DNA from: Balanoglossus misakiensis
Taxonomy: Eukaryota > Animalia > Hemichordata
DNA length: 64,000 bases
NCBI GenBank assembly: GCA_040954595.2
Contig: CM082591.2
Location: forward strand, 1,167,882 to 1,231,881
Direction of reading: 5' to 3'
Shown here: piece after piece, positions 22,301 to 37,631 of the stretch
How positions within the stretch are numbered: the stretch's first letter is position 1
How the letters are laid out: each line of letters begins with the position of its first letter
Translations under genes and position numbers: made by a program
Notes under the pieces: generated by a model
Database searches by the model: none
Seen by the model: only the letters and a program-made list of their open reading frames with translations
What the model was told of the DNA's origin: nothing

Positions 22301-24590
22301 ATTCGTCAACGTCATCTCCAGGAAGTGAGACAAGAAGGGCCAGAATGACAAGATTTGGTTTCCAAAGAAGCACCGAACGGTAAGCTCTGAGATTTCTCAT
22401 GTAGATCAGAAATGCAGGTTAATGTAATGTACTCATGGCTGTGTTTGTGGTGTTGTAATAATAGAAATGAGATAGGGCTCACAAAGTAGCACAGTAAAAT
22501 GCAGTTACAATAAAAATTCAATATAGAATTCAGTGGATATATCTTATTGGTTTTGAATCAAAATGGTGGATTCACACCATGAAAATGCCAGGATGTAAAG
22601 GTCATGTAGGGGTCATAAAAAAGGCCCATTGCAAAACAGCCTGCATTACTGCTTACTGATACTGCAATTAATATTTTCTTTCTGGTGACGAAAAAGGAGT
22701 CGTCTACACCACTTTCACCACCACCACCTCAGTAATCTTCATCAACATTACTCCACCAGCATATTCGACGACACCAACCGGCCGTCGCCTGCCCTCCATT
22801 CAGCCATCAACAGAGCTATCGCTGGTGCGTTTGCCGGGAATGGAGAAACTGCTGTGGCCAGTAATATTGTCAACACGACCCACAGACTACAGTGGTGGGA
22901 CTTCACTTCATGCCAGCTTCCGAGTATATCAGATTGTAAGTAAAACAAAAAATGATTTGTTTTATTTTGTGAAACCTGTCAAGACTGGACAATTGATGTT
23001 ACCATACAATACCTTGGGGAGAAAACAACAGCTCACTTGTGCAGCCATAATAAGCGCAGCAGAGCTAAACACACACATTACAATCTCAGTTCTACCAGGT
23101 ACTCATTATACCTTCATTTTCATTCACAGCTGATGTCAATGTGATTGTCCCACACTGCAAACTTCACAATGATGCCAGTTGCGATATATCACAAGATGGA
23201 ACCATGATAGCCGCGTTTGTTCCAAGTCATCGTGGATTTCCTGACGATGGCATCATGGCCGTCTACTCTCTACAAGCCTATAACTTTGGAGACTGTCTCT
23301 TTACTAAAAGTTTTGGTAAGCTACCCTTAACCCTTTCACCACCATGGTTTGGTCCAAATCCATTGTCTTCTGTGGTATTGATCCAAAAATGAAGCATTAG
23401 GAAAATAAGTATGGGCTGACTGACAGTATTGTGTTTTTGATTTAACTCTACTCATAGGTCCCAATGCAATATCGGTGAGTATATCACCAACGAACAACTA
23501 CATCATGGTTGGTTTGGCATCAAGACGTCTACACTGGCACGTCACATCCAAGCAGGTAAATTGATTTCTGGTATTGTCTTAGCAATGCTGTAAAGCCATC
23601 ATTTCATTCAGTGTGTACATCTGCTTCACATTCCTGCCTTTTACCCAAGAGTATATAGATCAAACCATTAAGGCCTATGTCTCTGCTTTTCCAGATGGTT
23701 GCTCAGATTTTCCGGTTGCGGGAAGCCTATGCCGGTGAGGATTCCTGCCAACACATCCAGAATGTGATGCATCCGTGTGATGTAGAGCGAAGGACACACA
23801 TCAGTGTGAATTCCGCCAAGTGGTTGCCTCGACCTGGAGGTGGTGTTGTGTATGGAACCAATAGAGGGGACCTACATATGTGTAGAGTCAGGTCAGTTAG
23901 AGTTTCCACATATGCTCTATTCATAAAGGGGTACCCTTCCAATAATCTCCTAGCAGACAACGTGAAATGACAACGTATGTGCCTTGTTACTTCCTGTGCC
24001 TGCCTGATACAAAACATATCTACGGTACATCACTGTAATTATAAAATCATTGTATATCAATATTTTCACACAGATTGCCACCGATACCAGAAGACCCACC
24101 TCGATCCAGTGAGGCTTCTCGGACTTCATCGCAGAATTTACAACGCCAAAATGTTGACAATATGTATGTCAGGCGGAACATAGACACTGTAGGACGTGTG
24201 AGGGACTACCAGATGCTGGGTGTGGTCGGACTCGGACTGACGTTGCCCCCGGAGACAAATTCTGCCTCCACTCAGACGGTGTCAGTACGAGTGCAGAGTG
24301 CGAGCACACAAACAGAGAACACAGACAGTGGTGCAGACAGACACACTGCCAGTGACACACAGGGTAACACAAGCACAGACACACAAGGCAGTGCATCTGC
24401 CACCGGGGTGGGGGGCGATGACGGTTCAGAGAACGAAATCCTGATCAGTGAACATTCCAGTGGTTCAGGGGACAGTCACAGTGACGAATCAGTCACCACA
24501 ATGTTTGACACAAGCAGTGAGACATCAAGGAGCAGGACAGACGACACAGAGGGTGAAATTCTGGCCAGTGACTCAGACTCAGACAATTAA
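19345..24590 (+). CDS. AMBRA1: AMBRA1 (split WD40 DCAF, activating molecule in BECN1-regulated autophagy); about 11 exons
   Basis: '[10 protein letters not shown]...[18 protein letters not shown]...[17 protein letters not shown]|GGSESW...[10 protein letters not shown]', '[10 protein letters not shown]', long S/T-rich disordered exon, '[12 protein letters not shown]', '[12 protein letters not shown]', '[22 protein letters not shown]', two TQT motifs near the C-terminus. Confidence 0.95.
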
Positions 24591-25258
24591 ACAAAACAAT
24601 CTTGCCAAACTTGCTTTTTTTGTAGAAAGTTTTAATTTTTTATCAAGCTGATAACAATTTACAGGTGAAAATTAACTTTGATTATTTTTATTGGCGTGCC
24701 ATTTTATTTATTTGATGGTTAAAATGAGTATGTTACGTTGTGTGCTGTTGTTACATGTTTATGTTACATGTCTGAGAAGGTTATACATGTATAACCACAC
24801 ATAAGTAACCTTTGCTGTGCATTGAGTTTTTCTGCTTCAGTTGAATCACTGTGACTAATTCATGTGTCTTTAACTTTGTAATGTTTTGATGCATTGCAAA
24901 CAGGATTGTCTCAGTAGAGAATCTACTAGATGTTATTACGACATCGCAAATGTTTTCATCAATGTGGATATGTTACAATGGCATTACTGTTTTGCAAGAC
25001 AAATTAAGGTCCAAGAAACAAGTATTGAAAGATAACAATTAAACAGGGTTATTGTGAACCACTGCTTGGTGGTGAGACCAGGTGTCATGGGCAAGCATGC
25101 AAACTAACCAGGCATTGCCAGAATAAGTTGGGTACAACAATGAAGAACATGTATTTTTGACTCCTGTGGATGTAGCCTTCAGTAAATAAAAAATATCACA
25201 AACATTACAAAAAATATCAAGCGACTATTAGTGAGTTCAATGTTTGAGTGTAGGAGAG

Positions 25259-28200
25259 TTAAGGTTGGGCTGTAGTTGTTGGACAGGATGTTTCATCAGC
25301 ACCATCTGCACAGTCTTGGAAGCCATCACAGATCCATTCAGGAGGAACACATGCATTGCCACACTGTAAGCCATTGCATGGAGGTTCTGAAATCAAGTGG
25401 AGTAATCAGCTAAGTCAATTAAGTCTTAGGGAAGACTTTGTCATATAGGAAAAATAACTTTGGACAGAGAAAAATCAGTTGGCATAAAACGTTTTATGGT
25501 ACGGTCGTCAACTCACCAAGCACAACTGTACTGTTATGGCCACAGTCGATCTCATCAGACAGATCACCACAATCTTGCATCCTGTCACACACCCAGCTTT
25601 CGGGGATGCATTGATTGTTATCCAGACAGTAAAATCCATTCCCTCCATCACATACAACTGCAAAAATAAATCCACCAAACATCAATAACTTTTAACGCCA
25701 AAAAACAGGAGAATCCGTATGACCACAAATTACAGCGTTCACACCTTTGGAAAACTGACTCAGAGGAACAATGTTTTGCCATGAACATTCACAGAACCCA
25801 GCGAGTCTTGAATCAGTGAATTTTATAGGCTATGGTCCGGTGATCGATACCAATCTTTACTGATCATAGAACCACAGCAGTTAAAGTTTTTGTCATGTAT
25901 GTCACCTAATCGAAAATAGAACTCATCAAGTCCTTCATTGACGCGTTAGTAGTATGATTCCCAACCGCCTAACCAGTTCATCGGATTCCACATTTTAAAA
26001 TAAATGGTTCCGTTCAAAGGACTGAAACTGTGGGCTAAACTACTAGATGAAGAGTGAATGTTCTCACCACAGTCTTGTTCGTCAGCTCTGTCCGGACACC
26101 CAGTCAAACCATTGCATCGCCAAGAACTAGGAATGCAACGGCCACTTGTACACAGAAACCCACTATTGGCGCATGATGCTGTGAAATAAGATGAGGATTT
26201 CTAATTCACGACTCTCTCACACTGAGATTAGAAAACTTCTTATACTATATGCATGTATAATGCATATTGTGTTATCAAAATAAACTCCACAGCACATAAT
26301 AATGTGGAAATTTAGAGCTACATATTTGAAGGTATTTTGGATGTTTTCAAAGTTATGTATTGGAAATTCTGTTCAATCAAAAAATAAAGATTTAATTTCA
26401 AGTTTACTCACTGCAATTTTCTTCATCTTGGCCATAAGCACAATCTTCGAATGCGTCACACAGCCAGAAAATCGGTACACAAATGCTGGATGGACAGCGG
26501 TACCCGGTACACGGGACTAAAGGGAATGGGAAAAGAACAGAAGTCAGACAAAATCGAGAACCTCCTTTTCGTGACCGATCCACATATTCTAAACAAATTG
26601 TTTGAAAGTGGATAAAGTAATGTAAACCAAGCTCAAGGTTGATCTCAGCACAAACGACAGAAAAAACACCCAAAACTGATTGAACATTGATATCACACCA
26701 TAGACCGTCTTTGATATCGCCTTTTCTTTGCCGTGACATTACGCAGTTTGCCATATTCCTTTTGAGCAACACTACACTAACTTCTAACTATGCAATACAG
26801 TACAGTTACTGTACAATACAATACAATACAATACACTAAACTACACTACATACTAATAAGTAAAATTGGCATACTGTGATCACATGATTCTTCATCCGAA
26901 AAATCCTCACAGTTCAGTTCGTTGTCGCACACCATTGACAGGGGAAGACATTCGTATGGAGAACTATGGCATTTGAAGCCAGTGCATAGACCTAGAGAGA
27001 AAAATAACCGTGCATGTTACCAATTCCAACGCTATTCTGAATGCACAAGCTCACTAACATGGTCCTTTGTGGTAAAATGACCGCGTCCAATGGTACATAA
27101 AAGTTTACTAGGAAGCTAGGCTGTTTTAAGAGCAATTAATAGGCCCATGTGGTGTATACACGTATTTATATGTGGATGACACATTCTTTGGTAGTAAACT
27201 GCAAGATTATGTCAATCTATTAATTCTGAGCACTTTGCTTGTCTGAGGTACGTTGTTTGATACTCACAATCACGTTCATCAGAGCCATCTGAACACGTTG
27301 CTTGGCCATCACACTGCTCACTAGCTGGTAGACATTGAAATGGGTACGTTGAACATTTGAATCCATCACATGGACCTGTTTGATTTGAATGTGAAATAAG
27401 CATATAAACACAATGATAATTTCAGAGCCACGGTATCTACGAATAAAAATGACAAGTACATGACCAAACGTAGAAACTTGACGCCCCATTCATTTCTTGA
27501 AATTGTCCAGGGAACATCTATAAATTCAATGCCACTTGTTCCCCCCCCCCCACCACCACCACCACCACCACCACCACCACAAGAAGGATTGACAAACACT
27601 CACACGTTCTTTCATCTGCGCCGTTCTCGCAATCCTTTACTCCATTGCATTCAAGTGCCGAGGCTATGCACGTACTGTCCAAACAGTCAAACTCGTCATC
27701 ACTGCACGGTGGGTAGGTAGACACCACAGAAGTGGGTACAGGTGACGTCATGGTGTGCGCATTGTGTCCAGTGACCGGAAAGACGCCACCTGGGGTCGAC
27801 GTCCCCTTCTCTGATTGGCTAGTGGACATCTGTTCGCCAACACGTGGTGTTGCATGCCCGTCTGGGTGAAGGGTCGATGAATATAAAACGGTCTGTTCTG
27901 ATCCAAAGTCTTGGGTTTTCCCTTTCGTTGGAATAGCTGCAGAGAGATTTTACATTGAATCACCACCACCACCACCACCACCACCGCCGCCGCTTATGTT
28001 TTCTATCGTGTAGAAACACTTTTGTTAGAGAGTCAGAAAGCTGCATCAACATCAATCTAATTTCTTTCTTCCACCTAACGGAGATAACAGACTGAAGCAT
28101 ACCTGTCAAACTAACACCAATGATGGCTCCGATAATGGCCGCAGCGAGTCCAAACCCAAGTAACCAGAGAAAGAGTCTTCGTCTCCTTTTCCGTTTTTCC

Positions 28201-28624
28201 TCATCCTGTGAAAAACCATTCACAAGATCACCCGTTTACTTATTGAGATTAATATGTCGAGTTCACAACGTTGAAACCAGAACCACGACTGTTTCATGTT
28301 TATCATAGCAACAGACAGCCGATGGCGACAACAGTAATACCGTCAATGTGTTCTGAACCCAAATTAAAAGATAAAATAGTAAAATATGTACTGCGCAGTC
28401 TATATCCCTGTCTCCTCCTAGTTGATCTGATATGGCCCATAAGTAAGCTCTATTTAGTTTGACTGAGTTACCCACGGGCGCCTTGTCTCAAGTTGCACTT
28501 TCTCCATGGTCCGGAGATTACATGGATCCCTCCTTTTGGTGCAAAGGATATGTCGCACAGTTGCCGACATTCGTGTGGTTATCCAAATCTCAAGCTGCAA
28601 GCACGAGCTCAAAAAGATTCCCAT
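25259..28624 (-). CDS. Type II membrane protein with seven LDL-receptor class A repeats, one per exon; start codon uncertain (28624 or a downstream ATG)
   Basis: Basic cluster 'KRKRRRR' followed by TM '[23 protein letters not shown]' and a S/T/P stalk. LDLa exons end in D-x-S/A-D-E-x-x-C at ~27605-27810, 27267-27375, 26870-26991, 26410-26517, 26065-26178, 25517-25657 and 25259-25386. Stop TAA at 25259-25261. Confidence 0.8.
27541..27579. repeat. C-run/(CCA)n microsatellite; a second (CCA)n at 27961-27992
   Basis: Direct reading of the simple repeats. Confidence 0.9.
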
Positions 28625-30057
28625 TTTGTTGAACAGTTCGCACTATAGTCTATAATAACAATCCCATCTCCTGGCGTTTTATCCTAATACCAAGCCCACA
28701 CCGCGTCAGATACCAACGAAGTGGAACGCAATCGCGAACACCGTATGCACACCGCTTTGGATCGAGACAGTTAAACTTTCGCCAAAGCAGTGTTCATTTG
28801 ATATTCAAGTCCAATCGTCGATAACCGATTGAATACAAATAAGCAGTATCATTTTCAACAATTTGCAATGAAAACTGATCCTAAAAATCCGCTGATGACC
28901 GCACTGCATCCTACATGTAAAATGAAAGAACTTACTGCACACATTTATTCACAGCGAACTAAACTACGTTCTGGATCTGTGTACTTCACTGGAAACTATC
29001 TCACTCGTCTCTCTGTCGTTTTTGAAAGTTTTCAGTAAGAAAACCAGATCTTCCTGGCAGTGTACACATAAGATGAAGCACTTGTTGTTCGACGTACGTG
29101 CGACTGTGGGTTCTTTTACCAACACGTCCAAATTTCTATCGCATAAAAAGATATCACCACGCATCTTTCTCAACACGATGTGATAGCAAGTTTTAGGGCA
29201 TGTGTATATGTATACCTGTCTTGCCTACCTTTGTCTCTTCGTCCAAACTTCCTTCTGGTCGAACCTTATTCGAAGACATATTGTCTATATGTCTTTACTG
29301 CAAGTTACAACACAGAAGTGTACGGTCAGAAACATTGGTGTTTATCCGGTCCTGTTTCCAAAACCTGCGTCACGTTTTTTCATTGTTTGAGACTTAGCTA
29401 GCTCCTCCCAGAGTAAGAATGACTTGAGATCGCTACTGGCAACGCAAACCCACTGTAACACACCGCACACTTTACTTGAGGGTTTTGAAACATTGCAAAA
29501 GAAAATATAAATTTTTCTTTGTATATTCCGAATAGTACCTGAGATCCTTAGACAAAACCCTGAATTTGCAGAATGAGTTCAGTTTAGAAATCTCCCCAAA
29601 AGGAAAGTATTTTACACTCGCCCTAGGAACACTTCAGGTGAATATTTTCCACTTTAGTAATCCCACGTCTTTATCAATTGTATGTGGATAAACAGAGCAG
29701 TTATTCTTTTCAGATTTGATCCTCTAGCAATTTCGTGTCATATTACACTTCTATATGTATTTATCTTTTCATGGCCTCCCTTCAGGGAATTAGACATCAT
29801 ATAAGTATAGCTGTGTAAACTTGTTAATTTATATTTTTTTCTCCATCTTTGTATCAATGTTTGGTGTATCTCGATGGAAAAAAAACAAGGCAACTCCTTC
29901 ACAATGCAAGTTGCATGTTTGGAATGAAGTAATTCACAGCCACAACAATACATCAGCATCCATCAATAAATAACACACTCAGTCTAAGTTTGCTGTTGTA
30001 AAGGTAAAAGGGCAAAATATTTATTTCTGTTGATGTTTACAATGTTTTACAAATTTC

Positions 30058-31701
<1,644 letters not shown>

Positions 31702-31710
31702 TTTCAAAAT

Positions 31711-31726
31711 GGACGACGAAAAGGAT
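31711..31726 (-). promoter_or_regulatory. TCT/5'TOP pyrimidine start site of RPL27A
   Basis: Minus strand gatCCTTTTCGTC lies just upstream of the ATG-only exon, typical of ribosomal-protein genes. Confidence 0.65.
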
Positions 31727-32836
31727 CACGCATAGTCTCGTATGCCAAACGAGACTTTCTCACTCCGGACGCCAAAAGAGGGCGCACACCTACATCTCAT
31801 TCAGTACACAGTACAAAGCATGTACGAAGTTTTTTTATTTTTGACTACAAGTACATGTTCAACATATTGTATCATTGAAACACCACTTTTATATAATGGC
31901 TAAAATGGGAAACTTGTGTAAAAATTTATAATCACGAATGAAAATGAATAACAAGTAGTGATACTAGACTGTTGAAGGCCATGTCATTGGAAGTAAATAA
32001 ACATATTATAGTAGTAGATTTAATTTATAGTCCTTATCATGCTTATCTTAATAGTTTACTTCATGGGTCATGTCAAGCTGTATATCCTGCGCAGCGTCAT
32101 GAGCATGGTGTCCACGTGCACCAGCTCGCGGTGACAAGTATATAATCACCTCACACCTCAAGCCAGTCTGATATAAACCATTTATCAAATGTCAGCAATA
32201 TAAGTTTAACATTGTAAATGCAATCTACTATAATCATGCATTTTCAGGACAAGGTTAATTTTCAATTATTTATTCATCATTAATGGATTATATATCAAGA
32301 ATTGTTAGATCTTCTACTGAGTTTAGTAGTGCATTTTGGTCAAAACCCAAATAGTCAGATTCTTTCAAAAACTTGGAAAAGGAAAAAAAAAACATTCTTA
32401 TATGTATTGTAAAAATGGATCTAAGAATTCTGAGTGATACTGCAATGTAAAATTATAATATCAATGGAAGGTTGGCAACGAGTCAATCATTACTCATGAC
32501 CTAAAAATAAATTGAGGCATGAGTTTGTTTTGATAATAGAGCACGATCTGTCCATGTGGCCTACATGTCCGTGTTTGTAAACACAGCGGACCTGCATTTT
32601 TTATGTCCATTAACAGAAAGCGCAATCACTGACCCTCATGTGTCAAAACTTTACTATTGGTGCCATGCCACTCACTAACTGTTCATGTGGACAACATATG
32701 CACAAGTTGATATTGATATTATATCCTGTTGGGGCTGGTACCCAAGTATTTAAGTCATTACGCAGCTAACATACCAACAGTTGAAAGCACTGGTACTTAT
32801 TGTTGGTTTAGTAAGTCACACAAGGTTTACCACAAG

Positions 32837-33757
32837 ATGTACATGTGTAAAACACAACCACTCTGCCCTGTTTCATTTACAATAATTGGTTTGTTGTTTG
32901 GAAAATGTTTGTTGACACTAGCCCAAGAGACAAGATATTGCAAAGAAGGGGAATTTGCAGACAGTGCCCATGGCAGTTGTTTACCTTGTACAATATGTAC
33001 AGGTGACGGGAGTGTTCCAGATAAAAACTGCGATCAATGTATTTCTGGAGTACAAGATATAACGAAAGGTAATGTATATTCCATATAAATTTTCAGCACT
33101 TGATCTCCTAGTTGTCCATATTTTATTTGCAGGCATTTACATGTCGATTACACTGTTGATCATTTCTGGGTTACATCAGCATTCTGGACTCACAGTACAT
33201 TAGATCAGTAGCTGTTACAATTGATCACCTGGGCTGATAGTCTGTAAGAACTGCATAAAGCCAAACGTTCCTCAATTTTGTATTCTAGGAACATTTGTCG
33301 AGGATGATGAAAGATTGGTTGATGAGAAGCAGACTCATTTTAAGGCAGTAATTGCTGCAGCTGATGTGAAGAAAGAGGCATCTTTGACTTACAGCAAGTC
33401 CAATCCTATTGCCATCGCTGCAATGTGTCTGTCAGTGATTGCCTGTGGTGCCGTGGTGATCATTGGAGGTGTTCTACTTTGGCGGAAAAGAATTAATACC
33501 AATTTTGGTTAGTAAATTCTATCTCATTAATAATTCAAATGTACATTGTACAACTGCATGCCAGATCAGAATTAATAACAAATGCTTGAAGTTCTACAAT
33601 ATGTTATTTGTCATTCTATCAAAAACCTATGCAAAAATTTATACAAGTACAATATTGCATGTGTCTTGTTACTTTTCTCACAGATGACAGAAAGGGCGAT
33701 GATGGTGAAGCTTCACCTTTGCAAGAAACAGGAACACTTCGGGAATCACCAGTCTGA
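32837..33757 (+). CDS. Small TNF-receptor-superfamily-like type I membrane protein (single CRD); exons 32837-33068, 33289-33507, 33684-33757
   Basis: Signal peptide 'FTIIGLLFGKCLLTLA'; CRD 'CKEGEFADSAHGSCLPCTICTGDGSVPDKNCDQC'; TM 'IAIAAMCLSVIACGAVVIIGGVLLW' followed by RKR; tail '...SPLQETGTLRESPV*'. Phase-1 junctions keep frame. Confidence 0.72.
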
Positions 33758-34565
33758 CCCGCCATAGAGGGAGCTGCTCTACAGAGATGCCATAAAAGTG
33801 AACCTCAACTTCAATCTAATCTAAAGTGTCTAGCCTTCCTTTCCTTGGTTTGAGATCTGCCAAACAGACAACCTAAAATTGCACTTTGAATCTGAGCAGA
33901 TGATGTCATATTGCATGGTCTCTTGAAGACTGTTTTGTAACACTTACTGTTCCTATACCGTACCTCAATTGGACATGTATGCATGGCTTGTCAGATTTCT
34001 GTTAAAATTGTGGTTTGTGTCTTGTTTTAAAGGTATATACTGACTATATGTTTTTTTCAAAGTACTCATTACAACATATATTTACTAATGCAAATACAAA
34101 TAGATGTAATAACTTGTTTGTGGTGGAACTTAAAAAGTGGGACTTTCAGACTCTCATAAATGTAAATAATCTTTAAATTTTCATTTACAAAGAAAATCAG
34201 TATCATTTACATGAACAATGCCATATCTTCATATTTACATTTATTATTATGGAAATGTAAGATAATTTATTAATATTTACAATATCATTTACAAATGAAT
34301 GCCAAGAAATAGCATACGATTGTGATATTCAGCATGAGAATGACTATATATGTATTTTATTACAGTGAAAATAAAGTTCATTACAGAATTAATGTGTAAT
34401 TGACCCTTATTTTGCCCACCAAACTTTACTTAAATTCCATTTTTCAATGGCCAGCATAGAATTCGAACAACTGACTGTTTTTCAAGCGAAAATGTTATCG
34501 GACGAAAACAAAAGGGAAGTAGGTTTGTCGTTGATGGCGCTACCAATCAGCTGGCGGCAGAAAAG

Positions 34566-36997
<2,432 letters not shown>

Positions 36998-37631
36998 ATG
37001 TTTTGCGACGCTGCAGGACAATTTAGTCCCAGTAACCACCGAGGTCTGCAGGAGATTTGTCATTGCTTTTAATACCTACCCCTCATTTTACCCAGCAATC
37101 ACTGAGATGGGAATAAACGTGTACATAAGAGTGGAGAAATGGTGTAATTACTGACAAAACACTCAACAAATGGTCAAAATGACATTTTGAAATGTTTATT
37201 TCCTTCAAAACTCCTTGAAATACTGTACAACTCTGCCAACATCCTCAAGCCGTAACTAAACTGAAATTAATGTACAACACTTCTATAAACATACTACACT
37301 TTAATAAGATCATATCTGTGCCGTGTCAAAGACTAATTTGGGTCTTGTAAAACAAAATCAAGCACGTTAAGCATACTTTTTATTACTGAGCAGTTACAGA
37401 TTCAGATTCTATTTCAGATACCACTAATCAACTCCAAGTTACACCTGGATTCAGATTCAGAGTTTCAATTCTCACTCACAGCAGTAAAACAGGACACGGC
37501 TTGTAAGGGCTTGTGCAAATCTGAAACACACATGACACTTTTGCTCTGTAAGAAAACTATTTCAGTTGCTACTTCTGAAATGGCAACATGCATCACAACT
37601 TAATTTGACTTCCACACAGGGGACGAGACAC

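Noticed and set aside
27366-27992. Poly-Gly, poly-Pro, poly-Val and poly-Trp ORFs
   Set aside because: Translations of intronic (CCA)n microsatellites.
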